Below, piece after piece: positions 11,421 through 24,020 of a stretch of 64,000 bases of DNA. The notes beneath the pieces are model-generated. The model worked only from the letters and a program-made list of their open reading frames with translations, made no database searches and had not been told where the DNA came from. The stretch comes from Camelus ferus (lineage: Eukaryota). Positions within the stretch are counted from its first letter, which is position 1. Every line of letters begins with the position of its first letter. Both the position numbers and the translations under genes were made by a program. The DNA is taken from positions 72,480,001-72,544,000 of the forward strand of contig NC_045696.1 of the NCBI RefSeq assembly GCF_009834535.1. Direction: 5' to 3'.

Positions 11421-12344
11421 TTTCCCACCAATATTTCCCCTCATCCCTTTCAGGTGGCTCTGGAGTTTAGCATTGACTCCAGGATCTCCAATTATTTCCA
11501 GCCCAGAGTTCAGTCTGTGGGAAGCCTCATTGCACTCCTAACTGGGTCTCCAGTTAACAGCTTACCTGTTAAGAGCTGAGTGGGAGAGATGCCATTTGTA
11601 CCCATCAGGAGAAGAATACAGGTGCAGTGTGGCTGTCTTGGGGTGGGGCTGCTGTACCTACATGCCCTTACCTTGGGGACACCTGCCAGCCACAGTATCG
11701 GGGCCACAATTCTCTGAGAGTCAAAAGCCCATCAGTAATTGCCTTCTTTCTAAATCTTAAAAAAAAAAAAAAAATTGCTGGATGGGAAGAGTTCTGCTTG
11801 CTTGTTCTGTTAAGCTGTACATTCTGTCCATGCCTGCTACAAATGCATGCTGAATTTATTTTAATTTTGAAATGTAATGCTTCTGGGTACTAGTCATGTT
11901 TTATTTCACTTATAACTCCAGAATTTTATGCAGTCACTTGATGGTCTACCATTATTTGAGAGAAGAGTTTTCTCCTTTCAGCTGATAATCCTGTTTAGTA
12001 TCTGTGTGATTCACTACAACAAGATACAGTTGAATGTTATCTGCCAATATTGTGTATACTATCCATCTGCCAAAGTATTTCTTGCCTCCTGTTGTATAAT
12101 TTTGGATACAATGTTTGAAAGTTCTTTTGTGTTTTGTCATTTAAGCAAAATATTGATGGAACAGGCTACCTTCTAAGAAGAGACGATAGTTTCAATATGT
12201 GTAAGAGACGCTTGCAGAGAAATTCAGTGTGACTGAGTTTCTTATAATAATGGCATTTTAATATCATGGTAAACAAAGCTCATTCTTATTAAAGCTTCTG
12301 TGATAATTGTTGAAATGAAAATATCTCTTCACCATTTAAACTAA

Positions 12345-12575
12345 TAGTCCAAGAATTTTGAGTTGAATTTGATCCTTGTCAAATGCCAACTCCACCATTT
12401 ATTGGGTGTGTATTCTTGGAAGAGTTACTTGTGTTCTCGAAGTCTTATATTTCTCATCTATAAAGTGGGATAATAATACCTAGAGTTTTAGGGGGAAGGT
12501 AAGGGTTAAATGAAGTAGATTGACTAGTGTATCCACCTAGTATATAACAGACACTAGACGTAATTTATTAATGTT
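12345..12575 (+). mobile_element. MIR fragment
   Basis: CTCCACCATTTATT..TCTTGGAAGAGTTACTT..TTTCTCATCTATAAAGTGGGATAATAATACCT. Confidence 0.7.
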
Positions 12576-14223
12576 AGTCTTAGAGAGCAGTGCTCATTTT
12601 TTAGCATTTTAACTAGCTGTAATTTGGTAATACTATTCTGAATTGAAAAGTCTCAAAACCACAAAATGGCACCAATCTTAATGTACAAATACTTTTTAAT
12701 ATGGAGATGTTTGGAAATGGAAATCAGCCAACTTCCTAATCTGATAATTCTAATAGAAATGGGAAAATGTAAAGATGGTTATTTTTAATGTATTGGAATA
12801 CATTACCTGTTTTACCTTCATTTCTTCTGAGAAAATTAATTGTAATTTAATTACCTTCCATTTTTCAAGAAATTAACCCTTGAGTAAATAAGAAGTGGAT
12901 CTGCTTGATTTTCAAATTTATTTAATAATGTCTTTAAGGATGGAACATTCTTTAAGAATGGAATAGTAAATATAGGCTTCTGAGACCACTTATACAATCC
13001 ATGCATATAGTTCTAATGGTGACCTTTCCCACCCCAAATCATAAAAAAACACAAATTACTTGATTTAAATACTTTTCTTACAGGAAGTCTCCCTCAATTC
13101 CCATTTACAACTATGATGAAATGTAAATCTGACTCATAGTTCTTTGCCTTAATATTGTTTGCACATCAATAGATATTTTTGCCAATAGAGACCAGGCCAA
13201 TCAAAAAAGGAAAGAATTTGAGAGTCAGGCAGAGAGAAGGCTTCTTTAGGAATAGATCCTTTCAGGAATGGAAATTTAGTCTCAAAAGGAATTCAAAGTA
13301 TCTTTTTAGTTAAGGAATGGCATTAACAGACACAGGCGCTGACTTTCCTTCCTGAAACATTTTTCTGGTTCTAGTTCTCTCTTTAACCCTATGCTAAATA
13401 CAGCACAGTTCATGCGCTGGCTTCCTGAAGTAAACTGGTATTTGGCATAACCAAAAAGACACAGTATCCATAAGCACCAGGATATGTTAAAGCCAATCTT
13501 CTACAAATGATTATGCTTTACAAGGGAAATATTTCTACCATTAGTCTTACTTCTCTAACAATTTTCTGGCCAAGAAGAAAGCAATAAATACCTACTCATG
13601 CTCAACTAATCTCAAGTAACTTTTTAACAATCCATTTGTTTTGAAGCGCCAGATGCATATTCAGGATGTCGCCTCCCTTCCATTTCTTTATCACTTTTGT
13701 TGGATTTACTGGTTCAAAAGAAATACATCTTGCAGAATTAACCTTAATCACATGGATTGAGATCAATAGTAAAATAAAATATTACATGTTGTCAATTGAA
13801 ACATTTTATCACATTTAATCTTACGGATCAGATTTGGGAGGTTGTAAAACAGAACAATTCACATGAGAGCAATGAATGGTAATTACTGAAGATGGCTGTA
13901 TGATAAATTTTATCAGTTAATGCCCATTTGTTTTTTTTTTTTTTCAAAAGATGTTATGGTCTGTCACTGACTCTTCTATGTTATCCATATTATCAGGATC
14001 AAGAAAAATGTGAGTTGTTTTGAGAAAATTTTACCTAGAAAAACTTACAATGTGCAAATAATTTAAATTATAATTTTTAACAAATAGTGCTAGTGAAAAT
14101 TTGTACTTGACTAGATTGTTTACTAGCTGTGATGACTAGAGTCTCTCATCAGAAATTTGAGTTTGAACAAGATTACTAACTTTCAACAGATGGGTGCTTT
14201 CTCCTTAGATAAGCTTCTCCAAT

Positions 14224-14628
14224 TGTATTAGTCAGGGTTCTTCAGAGAAATAGAATCATTAGGATATATAGAGATATATTTAAGAGGAAATTTCTTATAA
14301 GAATTGGCTTATATTATTATGGAGGCCAAGAAGTTCCGCAATCTGCCATCTGCAAGCTGGAGACCCAGGAAAGCCTACAGTGTGGTCCCAGTTGGCATCC
14401 AAATGCCTGAGAACCAGGAGCTCCCATGTCCTAGCTCAAGAAGAGAGAATTTACCATTCCTTGTTCATTTGGTTTCATTTGGGTCCCCAACTGATTGGAT
14501 GATACCCATCACATTTACTTGATCTACTGAGTCAAATGCTAATCTTTTTCAGAAACACCCTCGTATTTTACCAGCTATCTGACCATCTCTTAGCCCAGTC
14601 AAGTTGACACATAAATTTAACTAACACA
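14224..14628 (-). mobile_element. MLT2-family (ERV-L) solo LTR
   Basis: Begins TGTATTAGTCAGGGTTCTTCAGAGAAA and ends AGCCCAGTCAAGTTGACACATAAATTTAACTAACACA (reverse of the MLT2 5' end); 5-bp flanks CCAAT/CCAAC. Confidence 0.9.
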
Positions 14629-14913
14629 CCAACACAGTGACCTCAGGATGCAATAGCTAAGCATACTTTGCATAAATGAAAAGAAAATTGAAGTTGTCTC
14701 CCTCTTCTTTCCTTCCTTCCTTCCCTATCTCCCTCTTAATTTTTTTGGTCTGTTTTTTGCTTTTCATATCTTGTTATGTTCACTGATAAGATGAAAATGG
14801 ACTCACCAGCCTGATACAAATCAATATAAGTATAATCAAGAAATTGAATTAAATTGAATGAAGCAAATATTAGTTAGATGTTAAAGCAAATCTATGAATT
14901 CTCTCTTTAATAT

Positions 14914-15432
14914 TGTGGTAGGCAGAGTAAAGTTCTCCACCTATCCCCCAAGGATGTCCATGTCCTAATCTCTGGAGCCTATGAACATGTTACATTATAC
15001 AGCAAAGGTGAATTAAGGTTATAGATGGAATTAAGACTGTTAATCTCGTGATTTTACATTAGGAAGATTATCCTGCATTATCTGGGTAGACCCAGTGTAA
15101 TCACAAGGGTCTTTAAAAGTAGAAGACGGAGTGAAGAGGAGGTCAGAGTGATGTGTTATAAAAAGGACTCAACATACCATTTTTGGCTTTGAAGATGGAG
15201 GAGGGGGAGTATGAGTCAAAGAATGTGGGAAGTCTTTAGAAGATGGAAAAGTCAAGGAAACTGATTCTTCCTTAGAGCCTAGAGAAGGGAATTTAGCCCA
15301 GCTTACACCTTGATTTTTGCCTGGTGAGACCCGTGTTGAACTTGTAAACTACAGAACTGTAAGATACTACACACTTGCACTGGTTTAAACAAAGTTTGTG
15401 GTAATCTGCAGGAGCAATAGAAGACAAATATG
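14914..15432 (+). mobile_element. MaLR MLT1 (MLT1D-like) solo LTR
   Basis: TGTGGTAGGCAGA..GATGTCCATGTCCTAATC..GGAAGATTATCCTG..GTAATCACAAGGGTC..GGCTTTGAAGATGGA..CAGAACTGTAAGATA..AGTTTGTGGTAAT..GCAATAG. Confidence 0.9.
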
Positions 15433-15670
15433 CTTTCTTTTCTATAATAATTTCTCTTTATTTTTAATTTCTGCTGTGGAAGAATTTGCAAAGGAGTGTG
15501 TTTGCCCTAATGTTTGACTTAAGAAAAGGAGGGATTGGCTGGAATGAGTCAAAACTGGTATTTTCTGTTGCCCTTAAAGCTGATGTGTTTGCAGAATGAA
15601 AGCTTTTATTGCTGTTCTACAGCATTTTATGTCTTATTTGCAAGAGCTGTTGTTGACCCTCATTGATTTC

Positions 15671-15972
15671 TTTCTTAGCCTGGGTTACCCAGGAAAGCAG
15701 AGCCTGAGAAATGCATTGATTGAGAGTTGCTTCAGGGATATTAACTCTGCTGCACTTGGACTATGCAAGCATCCATGTCCAGTGTATTCCATGTGAAACG
15801 CCCATATGTATTCCACTCCTTTAGGATCAGAAAAACACCATGGCAAGCCAAAGACATGGCTGAGGCAAGGTGAGATCAGTATGGGAACTCTTCACCCCTT
15901 TGCCAACGTTACAAATGGAATCAGAAGTAAGATCAAGAGAACGTGACTCTTTAGACAGGGCATGAGAATACA
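15671..15972 (-). mobile_element. 3' LTR (ERV-L class, LTR33/LTR16-like, probably internally deleted) of the adjacent provirus
   Basis: TTAGCCTGGGTTACCCAGGAAAGCAGAGCCTGAGA terminus; on the minus strand the LTR starts TGTATT directly after the polypurine tract AGGGGGTGGAC (15973-15983). Confidence 0.7.
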
Positions 15973-18900
15973 GTCCACCCCCTGCTTTCACCACATATTA
16001 AGACCAATTTTTCACTGAATCTTCAAAGTGCTAGCAGCTGCAATTGCTCCCCAAAGGACTTTAGTACAAAGGATTAGTGTAACAAGTTATAATTCCCACT
16101 GCTGCAACTGGGCCTGAGGTCGTAATTGGTATTCATCATCTAACTACTTCAATACCTATTCTAGATTTCCTTCACCGTTGCCCAGCACTTCAGTTCCTCT
16201 AGGTTGCTTGCTTGGTAGTGTGCCAGTATCTCCATCCTTGAGGAATCTGAGCCCTTGATTTCATTGTCCTTGTTGGGCTGTGATTGCTATAGTTGGCTAT
16301 TTACCAATATCACCTTGCATGGAAGTACCCAGAGACACCTGGTGAATCACCTGTATTCCAGACATTTTCTCTCTACCCTCATTGTGTAAAGGAAACCCTA
16401 TTCCTTAAGATAATCACATTCAATTACCCTCCTCCCCCTACCAGCATAGCAACTCCTTTTTTTGTCTGCTAGGTCACTGGCATGAGGAACCCAAAGTTAA
16501 CAGGCAACGGTAATTATCTTCCAGTTTAATGAAACTCTCAATGTTTCTCTTAGTGAAAGCAATACTCCCCTAGGTACCAGGAGGTCTAATCCTATAAAAC
16601 CTAAAGACATGGGGACAGGAAGCACACATTCTGTAAGTAAACCACTGTGAATGATGGTGAGAGGGACATATCTTACTTCTACCCTTTGGTATCTAGACCT
16701 GCTTATTCTAGTTATTGGGCGAACAGCACAGTTGTCTTTTTAGTTCATCTACTTTGATTTGGTGGGCAGTGTCCTACATCCATAGAGGTCTTTGTCTTCT
16801 GTTAACAGCTTAGTTGAGCCATTAGTAAACAATTCCATTGTTCTAGTTCTGGCTGCTTCCAGGTGACGTACTATGTGGTAGAAGTAATAGATCCTTCAGT
16901 CATAACATTGATTTTTGTGTATCCTTCCTGTAAAATAGGTTCTTTGATTTGAAGTGATATTATGTGAGAATCTCATGACAGTAAATTGAGCATTCTATAT
17001 GCCCTTGAATGGTGGTGCTGGCAGAGACATGGCAGATAGGGAAATCAAAACCATATGGGAGTGAGGATTTATTACAGTGATGATGAATCACTGCCTCCAT
17101 CAAGATGGAAGGGGTCTGATGTCACCATCCGGCCACTAAGTGTCTGGCTAATCTCAGGCTTCGCTGCTTTATCATGGGTTTTGTATGGAGTAGTTAACAC
17201 TGGGGCAGGTTGGGTGTTCAGTAGCAGCAGCTAGATCATCCTTGGTGAGTGGAAGCCCATACCATTGAGCCCACACATAGCCTCTATTCCTGCCACCATG
17301 GTGACTCCATTCTTGGTCCCATTGTGCAAGCATGAGGGTGGTAGAGGAGGGCAGCTGGCTGACATCCACAGAATGAGTCCTCCTCGTTGTTGAGTGTCTC
17401 CCCTGACTTGGATGCTTTCTAGTGGGCTCTAGGATATTTGTGCCTACTTTGTAGCCACAAATGTGGGTCCATTACATGCTTCTTCCTGAGAGCTGGCTTT
17501 TTTTCTCTTTGTTCTTTCAAACTTACTCCTTTCAGGCCATGACTAACCAACCATGCCAGTTGCTAATGATCAGTCTATTCATGTTCTTCTCAAGTTACTT
17601 CTTCCTGCATTTAAAGTAAAAAATCAAATGGTCTGCTCCCAGCTCTATCTATTGGAAGAATTGTTCTTCACAACTGACATTTAGAACCATCCCCAAGTAG
17701 GACTATAGTGCAGCAACAGCCCATTTTTAATTTGTATTAATGTATTGTGCTGACCCAGCTGTGACCTAGGACCAAGATTTTTCCTCCTCCTTCAGCTGGC
17801 TTTAAGAATAATTCCCATCCCTTCAACAACATGTTAGGTGTGAATTCAGGGTTAGGCATTGGTACAGCAGAAGTAAGTGGTGTGAAAGTCAGAAATCCTG
17901 CTCATGTAGCTTTTTGTATCCTCTGGCTTTGCTTGGTCCTGATTTTGTACTATTTCCATAGTATAATGGATTGCTGCTGCTCTTATCTGACCTTATAATT
18001 TGGTAGATCTGAAAATACCAGCCCATGATGGGTGGCAGCACTCACATAGGCAGTTGGTCAGGCATTTGGTCTCCACTAGGGCTTAGTAATAGCCAGGGAC
18101 TGCTTTTCAAAAGCAGGTAGCTTCTGCCTTGGAAGACAGAGTCTTGCTCTGAAATCTGAAGAGTGTCTCTACTGTAGCTTTTGAATTGTCATTTTTCAGA
18201 GATCCCACACTTGTGTTCACCATGGATCCATGTATTCACCATGGATACTCCTAGTGCCATTGAATCTATTGGATTATATAGTCTGGAGAGTAAGGCAGCT
18301 TGCAGTGAAGACTGGACATGCTGCTGAGCCTTCTTTCTACTCTAAACTCCATTAGAAATGTCAGCCTTTCAAGCTGTCCAACAACTAAATCAGAGTGGTA
18401 TTCCTAAGAGCATTATATGCTACCACCAGAATTCAAAATAGGTCACTAAACACTATTTTTTCCTTAGTGGCAGGGGAAGCAAGATGCAACAATTGTCTTT
18501 TTTTTTATTAAAGAGAATATCCTGACATGCTCCAGACTATTGAAATCCTTTCCTAAGTACTTTATTAAATAGGATAAATCAAGTATAGAAAGATGCTAAT
18601 TATGGAATCCAGGTGTTGGATATTCAGGGGTTTGCTCTAAAATTATTTCAAATTTTCTATATGTTGGAAAATTTTTGTAATAAAATGTTGGAAAAACATT
18701 TTTTATTTATCATAAGTAAACTCTATGGATGCACCAGTCCCCTGAATCTTTACATGGTTTCTCTTCCACCCTGTGATACGCATGTGTCAAATCAGGACAT
18801 CCAGAGTACTTGCCACTACCAGCTTACCAGCCCAATTAGTGTGACCTCATTAAGAAAGTGATGTTGTATGGAATATCAAGATGATCAATGTTTTTCTGGA

Positions 18901-18978
18901 CTGTATTTTAGCAGAGAGAAGGAAGGTTAACATATAGCCCTATGATAAGACCAGAAATGTGTATTGCTATTCTTTCCA
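15973..18978 (-). pseudogene. ERV-L-type internal region: disrupted pol (RT, integrase) plus dUTPase-like domain; no env
   Basis: ORF 17172-17369 gives AQWDQEWSHHGGRNRGYVWAQWYGLPLTKDDLAAATEHPTC, matching the ERV-L integrase zinc finger (AQWAHEQSGHGGRDGGYAWAQQHGLPLTKADLATA..CP.C). ~16290-16600 translates to frameshifted dUTPase-like peptides (GLDLLVPRG..LNWK..FGFLMP..KKGVAML). ~18930-18978 gives RT-like W..*QYTFLVL.*GY. Many stops and frameshifts. Confidence 0.9.
18570..18698 (+). mobile_element. Old L1M 3'-end fragment nested in the ERV pol
   Basis: GAATCCAGGTG..TAAAATTATTTCAAATTTTCTATATGTTGGAAAATTTTTGTAATAAAATGTTGGAAAAA resembles an L1MC-type terminus; ERV sequence continues on both sides. 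Confidence 0.7.
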
Positions 18979-21094
18979 GCTTTTGGCTATTACAAATAAA
19001 CCTGTTATCAACAGACAAAAAAAAAGTGGATGTGAGTTGCTTGTGATCAGACTTTGGCATGTTTGGTATTTTAAGCATTTGTAATTTTGTTTAAGAAAAT
19101 TTAGCTTCTTAGAGTAAATGCCAGGCTTATGATTCAAGTTTTAAAGGTAGAATTGAATAGTTGGTTTAGACAAGATTTTTCAGTTAAAAATTTAATTTAT
19201 GACATTTACATAGTTTACTTAAATACTTGGGAAGGGTTTATTGAGTCAAAAATTATACTTAAAAGGAGAATTTAATATACTGAATTTATAAATACAGTTA
19301 AAAATATTTCAAGGTATTTAATTAACTCTGTAAATGGGACCAAATATTAATCTAAAGATTTTTAAAAAAATATTTGCTGAACTGTGTTAGGCTTATAAGT
19401 TCTGTGTAGTAAATTTAAAAGCTTAAGGAAGTTTTGCTTTTTTAACCATAGTGAATTAAAAAAATTTTAAACTGAAGTAAATCACTGGATAATATTATCC
19501 ATCCACAAAAGCTACCCTCAGTGCATAAAAAAGCTTGTATTTCACAGTATTCATCCTTTGAGTAGAATATTCCAGCGTGTGGAATACCCACCTGTCAATA
19601 GGCTGTTTTTGAGACATTTTGAAATTGTGAAGGTATCTAAATAGATTCAGTGAAAAGAGCCACATTGGCTTTTAGACATTACCTGATTATTCTCTCCTGG
19701 CCTTTTGATTTCTTCATAATTCTCTGGATGATGACGTCTTTCCCAAGTAACAAGTAGCCATGATGAATATGTAAACTTTTGTAAGTTAGCCTTTCTAACA
19801 CCCATGGGCAAAACATTGCACCTCTTGCTTTCTCTCTTCTCAGAAGTAGCTGAACAGACTGAGTTTAAAGTTCATCTGAATAAGGAACAAAGTCTGGAAA
19901 GATTTAGGCTGAAGGGATGTGTTCAAAATCTTGGGAACTAGTGAAGATGGGGGATTACAATGAAAGTCTGTATGTAACCCTAACTACAGTGTTAACTAAG
20001 AATATCATTATAGCAGCATAGGTGGGTGTGTTTATAGCTACTTTTCTTTACAAAAGATTAGAAAAGAAAGGAGAAAGGGAAGTGAATGAGACATTCCTGT
20101 GATCATACAGCCTAAAACAGTAGACTTCAAAGCTTCCGAGGTAACCATTCTTGTAATCCACTGCTTAATTCTCCCTAAGTAAGAACTGGCAAGGTAGATC
20201 AGAGGGGCTTAAATATTTAGTAGGATTCCCGGTAGGAAACTTTAAATAGATACAGTGACCATTGACACAAATGGAGGTAAAAATTTTATTTTTTTCCTAT
20301 TATTTTTAGTTAAAAAATCTTTATTTTGAAGAATTAAAAATTCTCAAGAATACTGATCACTTGCTACTTGGTTTCATGGGTTTTGCAAATTTCATGTATT
20401 CATTTATTTACTCATTTTTCCCTTCAGCAAATATTTGCAGGCCCCACTGTGTGCCTGGAGTTTCAGGGTCAGAATGAGATTAGTGGCATTAAAAGCCATT
20501 AGAAGCAACTAATATTCAGTTGGCCTATCCCTTCCCCAGCTCCTCTCAGCTACAGCCTTGGTCTAACCTACTTCCTTAGCCCTTCTTAACGAGGACAGGG
20601 AGGATTTAGGAGTTTGCTCTTGTTGATATGTGAGATAGGAGCCTGGCTCCACAGAATTCTTTTGCCCCTACTGTATGCACTGAGATATATAGTTAGCATG
20701 CGTTTGTCTTCCTATTGGAGGTGTTCACTGGCCTGAGCTCCTGGCTGGGGGCTTGTTACTCTGTTCAGTGCTTTTCACCATCTTCCTCAAGGGTGCCATC
20801 TCCTTACCTTACCCCAGATAATACATGGAAGGGGTCTAGGAGAAAGGGATGAAGAAGGCATGCATCCTGGAATTATGACACATTCCAACCCAACTTAAGA
20901 ATAGCTCACTGACTGATGGTTCTGTTGCTTCAGACCACATCCATCTAGCACTGTGTGGATACCATTGTTTTCCAGGGTCTCCAATGGCTCTGCCCAGCCT
21001 GCTCTACTCTTCCCACCCTATCCTGCCCTACCCAGTCCTCCCTTCCCTCCCCTACCTATCCTATGTATCTTATCCTTTCTTGTGGAACTGAATT

Positions 21095-21735
21095 TATAAG
21101 CCAGTGTAAAAAGCCAAAATACATACGAAAAAATAGTCAAACATACTAGTAACCAAAGGAGTATAAATCACAACAATAAAATAACTGCTTTCAAGCTATC
21201 AGATTGGCAAGATATGAAATAATGGCTAACAACAAGAGAGTCAAATGTAAACTGCTAACATGTGCTGACACAATATTTCTGAAGAGCAATTTGGCAGCAC
21301 AATATGAATATGAATATGCTTGACACAACAATCTACTTCTAGGATTTACTATAAGAAATAATCAAGTATGTATTAAAAGGTTTCACAATAATGGTGTTTA
21401 TAACATGAAAGAATGTAAGCAACATAAATGTCTAAAAATAAATAAATGATAATCTAGTCCTTATAAAGGTTACTGTAAAATAGTTAATAATATGGATAGA
21501 TGTTATGATATATTTTAATTAAAAGAAAAATGTTTCAAAATACCATGTATCACATCATCCTAGTTTTAGTCTACGTGCATAATATATGAATGGACTAACC
21601 ACCAGAGGGATATATGCCAAAATATTAATGGCTACCACTGAATGGTTTAATTATAGGATATTTAATCTTTCTCTTTAGTTATTTTTGTACTCCAAATGTT
21701 CCCACCCCTTTGTAAATTAAAAAAAGTATAGATTA
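21095..21735 (+). mobile_element. Old L1 (L1ME-like) 3' fragment
   Basis: CTATCAGATTGGCAAGA..TTCTGAAGAGCAATTTGGCAG..CTACTTCTAGGATTTA..AAGCAACATAAATGTC, typical of the degenerate ORF2 end and 3' UTR. Confidence 0.7.
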
Positions 21736-21791
21736 AAAACCATTATGGAGAAAAAGGTAATTATCCTAATGATTACCCATGTGATTTAAGG

Positions 21792-23813
21792 CAGCAATTC
21801 TGAAATGATTTGGTCCCAGGACCGTTTTTTTTCCATTTCTTAAATAGAAGTATAGTCAGTTTACAATGTTCTGTCATTTCTGCTGTACAGCATAATATTT
21901 CAGACATACATATACATACATATATTCCTTTTCATATTCTTTTTCATCATAATTTACTACAAGGTATTGAATATGGCTCCCTGTGCTATACAGTATAAAC
22001 TTCTTGTTTATCTGTATTGTAGTTGGTGTCTGCAAATCTCAAACTCCCAATTTATCCCTTCCTACCCCCTTTTCCCCCCTGGTAAACATAAGTTTGTTTT
22101 CTATGTCTGTGAGTCTGTTTCTGTTTTGTAAACAAGTTTATTTGTGTCTTTTTTTTTTTTTTACATTCCACATATATGTGATATCGTGTTGTATTTTACT
22201 TTCTTCTTCTAGCTTACTTCACTTAAAATGACGATCTATGGGTCTACCCATGTTGTTGCAAATGGCATTATTTTATTATTTTTTATGGCTGAGTACTATT
22301 CCATTGTATAAATATATTACACCTTCTTTATCCAGTCATCTGTCAGTGGACATTTAGATTGTTTCCATGTCTTGACTATTGTATATAGTGCTGCTATGAA
22401 CATTGGGGTACATGTATCTTTTCAAATTAGAGTTCCCTCTGAATATATGCCCAGGAGTGGGATTGCCAGATCATATGGTAAGTCTGTTTTTAGTTTTTAG
22501 AGGAATCTCCATTCTGTTTTCCATATGGCTCCACCAAACTACATTCCTACCAATAGTGTAAGAGGGTTCCCTTTTCTCCACACCCTCTCCAGCATTTATC
22601 ATTTGTGGACTTCTGAATGATGGCCATTCTTACTGGTGTGAGGTGATACCTCATTGTAATTTTGACTTGCATTTGCCTGATAGTGATATTGAGCATTTTT
22701 TCATGTGCCTATTGGCTGTTTGTATGTCTTCATTGGAGAATTGTTTGTTTAGGTCTTCTGCCCATTTTTGGATTGGATTGTTTGCTTTTTTGTGAGTAAG
22801 GGGTATGGGCTGTTTATATATTCTGGAAATTAAGCCCTTGTCAGTTGCATCATTTTGCAAATATTTTCTCTCATTCTGTAGGTTATCTGCTTGTTTTGTT
22901 TATGATTCCCTTTGCTGTGCAAAAGCTTATAAGTTTAATTAGGTCCCATTTGTTTATTTTTGCTTTTATTTCTATTACCTGGGTAGACTGCCCTAGGAGA
23001 ACATTGCTAAGATTTATGTCAGAGATTGTTTTGCCTATGGTTTCTTCTAGGGGGTTTATAGTGTCTTGTCTTATGTTTAACTCTTCAAGCCATTTTGAGT
23101 TTATTTTTGTGTATGGTGTGAGGGAGTGTTCTAACTTCATTAATTTACACGTAGCTATCCAGCTTTCCCAACACCATTTGCTGAAGAGACTGTCTTTTCT
23201 TCATTGTATATTCTTGCCTCCTTTGTTGAAGATTAATTGATCATAAGGGTGTGGCTTTATTTCTGGGCTCTCTCTTCTGTTCATTATTGTAGCTCTGTAG
23301 TATTGTCTGAAGAGTCCCAGAACCCCCTTATACACTCTTAAAAATTAAGACATCTAAAGAACTTTTATTTATGCAGGTACTATATATTTATATATACTGC
23401 ATTATAAATTTAAACTAAGAAATTTGTAAAATATTTGTGTATTAATTTAAAATAACAATAATAAGCCCATTGCATGCTAACATATTTTTATGAAAAAATT
23501 ACTATATTTTTCTAAAACAAAAACATTTAGTGAGAAGAGCTGCCTTGTTCTACATTTTTACAAAAATCTTTAATGTCTGGCTTCACAGAAGATAGCTGTA
23601 TTCTCATATCTACTTCTGCATTGTGGTATCACATGCCATGTAACCTCTGGACAACTCCGCTGTACACTCATGAAAGAATGAGAGTAAAAAGGCAAATCAT
23701 CTATTTAGTACCATTATGAAAATAATATTTGTGTGAAAATCGAAAATCGTTTTGATTTTGTGAACCCTCTAAGAGGGTTTCAGAACCTTCTGGGATTCCC
23801 CCAGACCACACTT
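21792..23813. mobile_element. hAT-Charlie MITE (MER119-like), split by an L1 insertion (21792-21823 and 23314-23813)
   Basis: CAGCAATTCTGAAA..GGTCCCAGGACC, resuming as CCCCTTATACACTCTTAAAAATTA..TTTAGTGAGAAGAG..CCAGACCACACTT; exact 8-bp ATTTAAGG at 21784-21791 and 23814-23821. Confidence 0.85.
21824..23313 (-). mobile_element. 5'-truncated L1 LINE (ORF2 C-terminal part and 3' UTR), relatively young
   Basis: Minus-strand ORFs 22883-23140 (LTPYTKINSKW..DLIKLISFCTAK) and 22651-22860 ([22 protein letters not shown]) are L1 ORF2 peptides; poly-T remnant at 21825; TSD GTCCCAGGACC (21813-21823) / GTCCCAGAACC (23314-23324). Confidence 0.97.
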
Positions 23814-23859
23814 ATTTAAGGTATTGCAACTGGGTGGTATGAAGAGAGAAATCCTAACA

Positions 23860-24020
23860 AAAAGTAGGTAGTGTATGTTGTGTGCCAAGAACTAGACTGG
23901 AAGTTTTAAGTATATGATTTTGTTTAATCCTGACTACAACTAAAAGAGCTAAATTACCAACAGTACTTCTGTGTCATAGGCTAGGAAGCTGAGGCAAAAA
24001 GAGCCCAAGCAACTTGATTC
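23860..24020 (-). mobile_element. MIR fragment
   Basis: TGTGCCAAG..TTTAATCCTGACTACAAC..AGGAAGCTGAGGCAAAAAGAG. Confidence 0.5.

Noticed and set aside
14304..14522. Similar peptides from ORFs 14304-14522 and 49169-49405, suggesting paralogous genes
   Set aside because: Both are antisense readings of MLT2 LTR copies.
22845..23240. 131-aa hydrophobic + strand ORF
   Set aside because: Antisense reading of L1 ORF2, a common artefact; the same applies to 21983-22231, 47342-47536 and 47666-47929.
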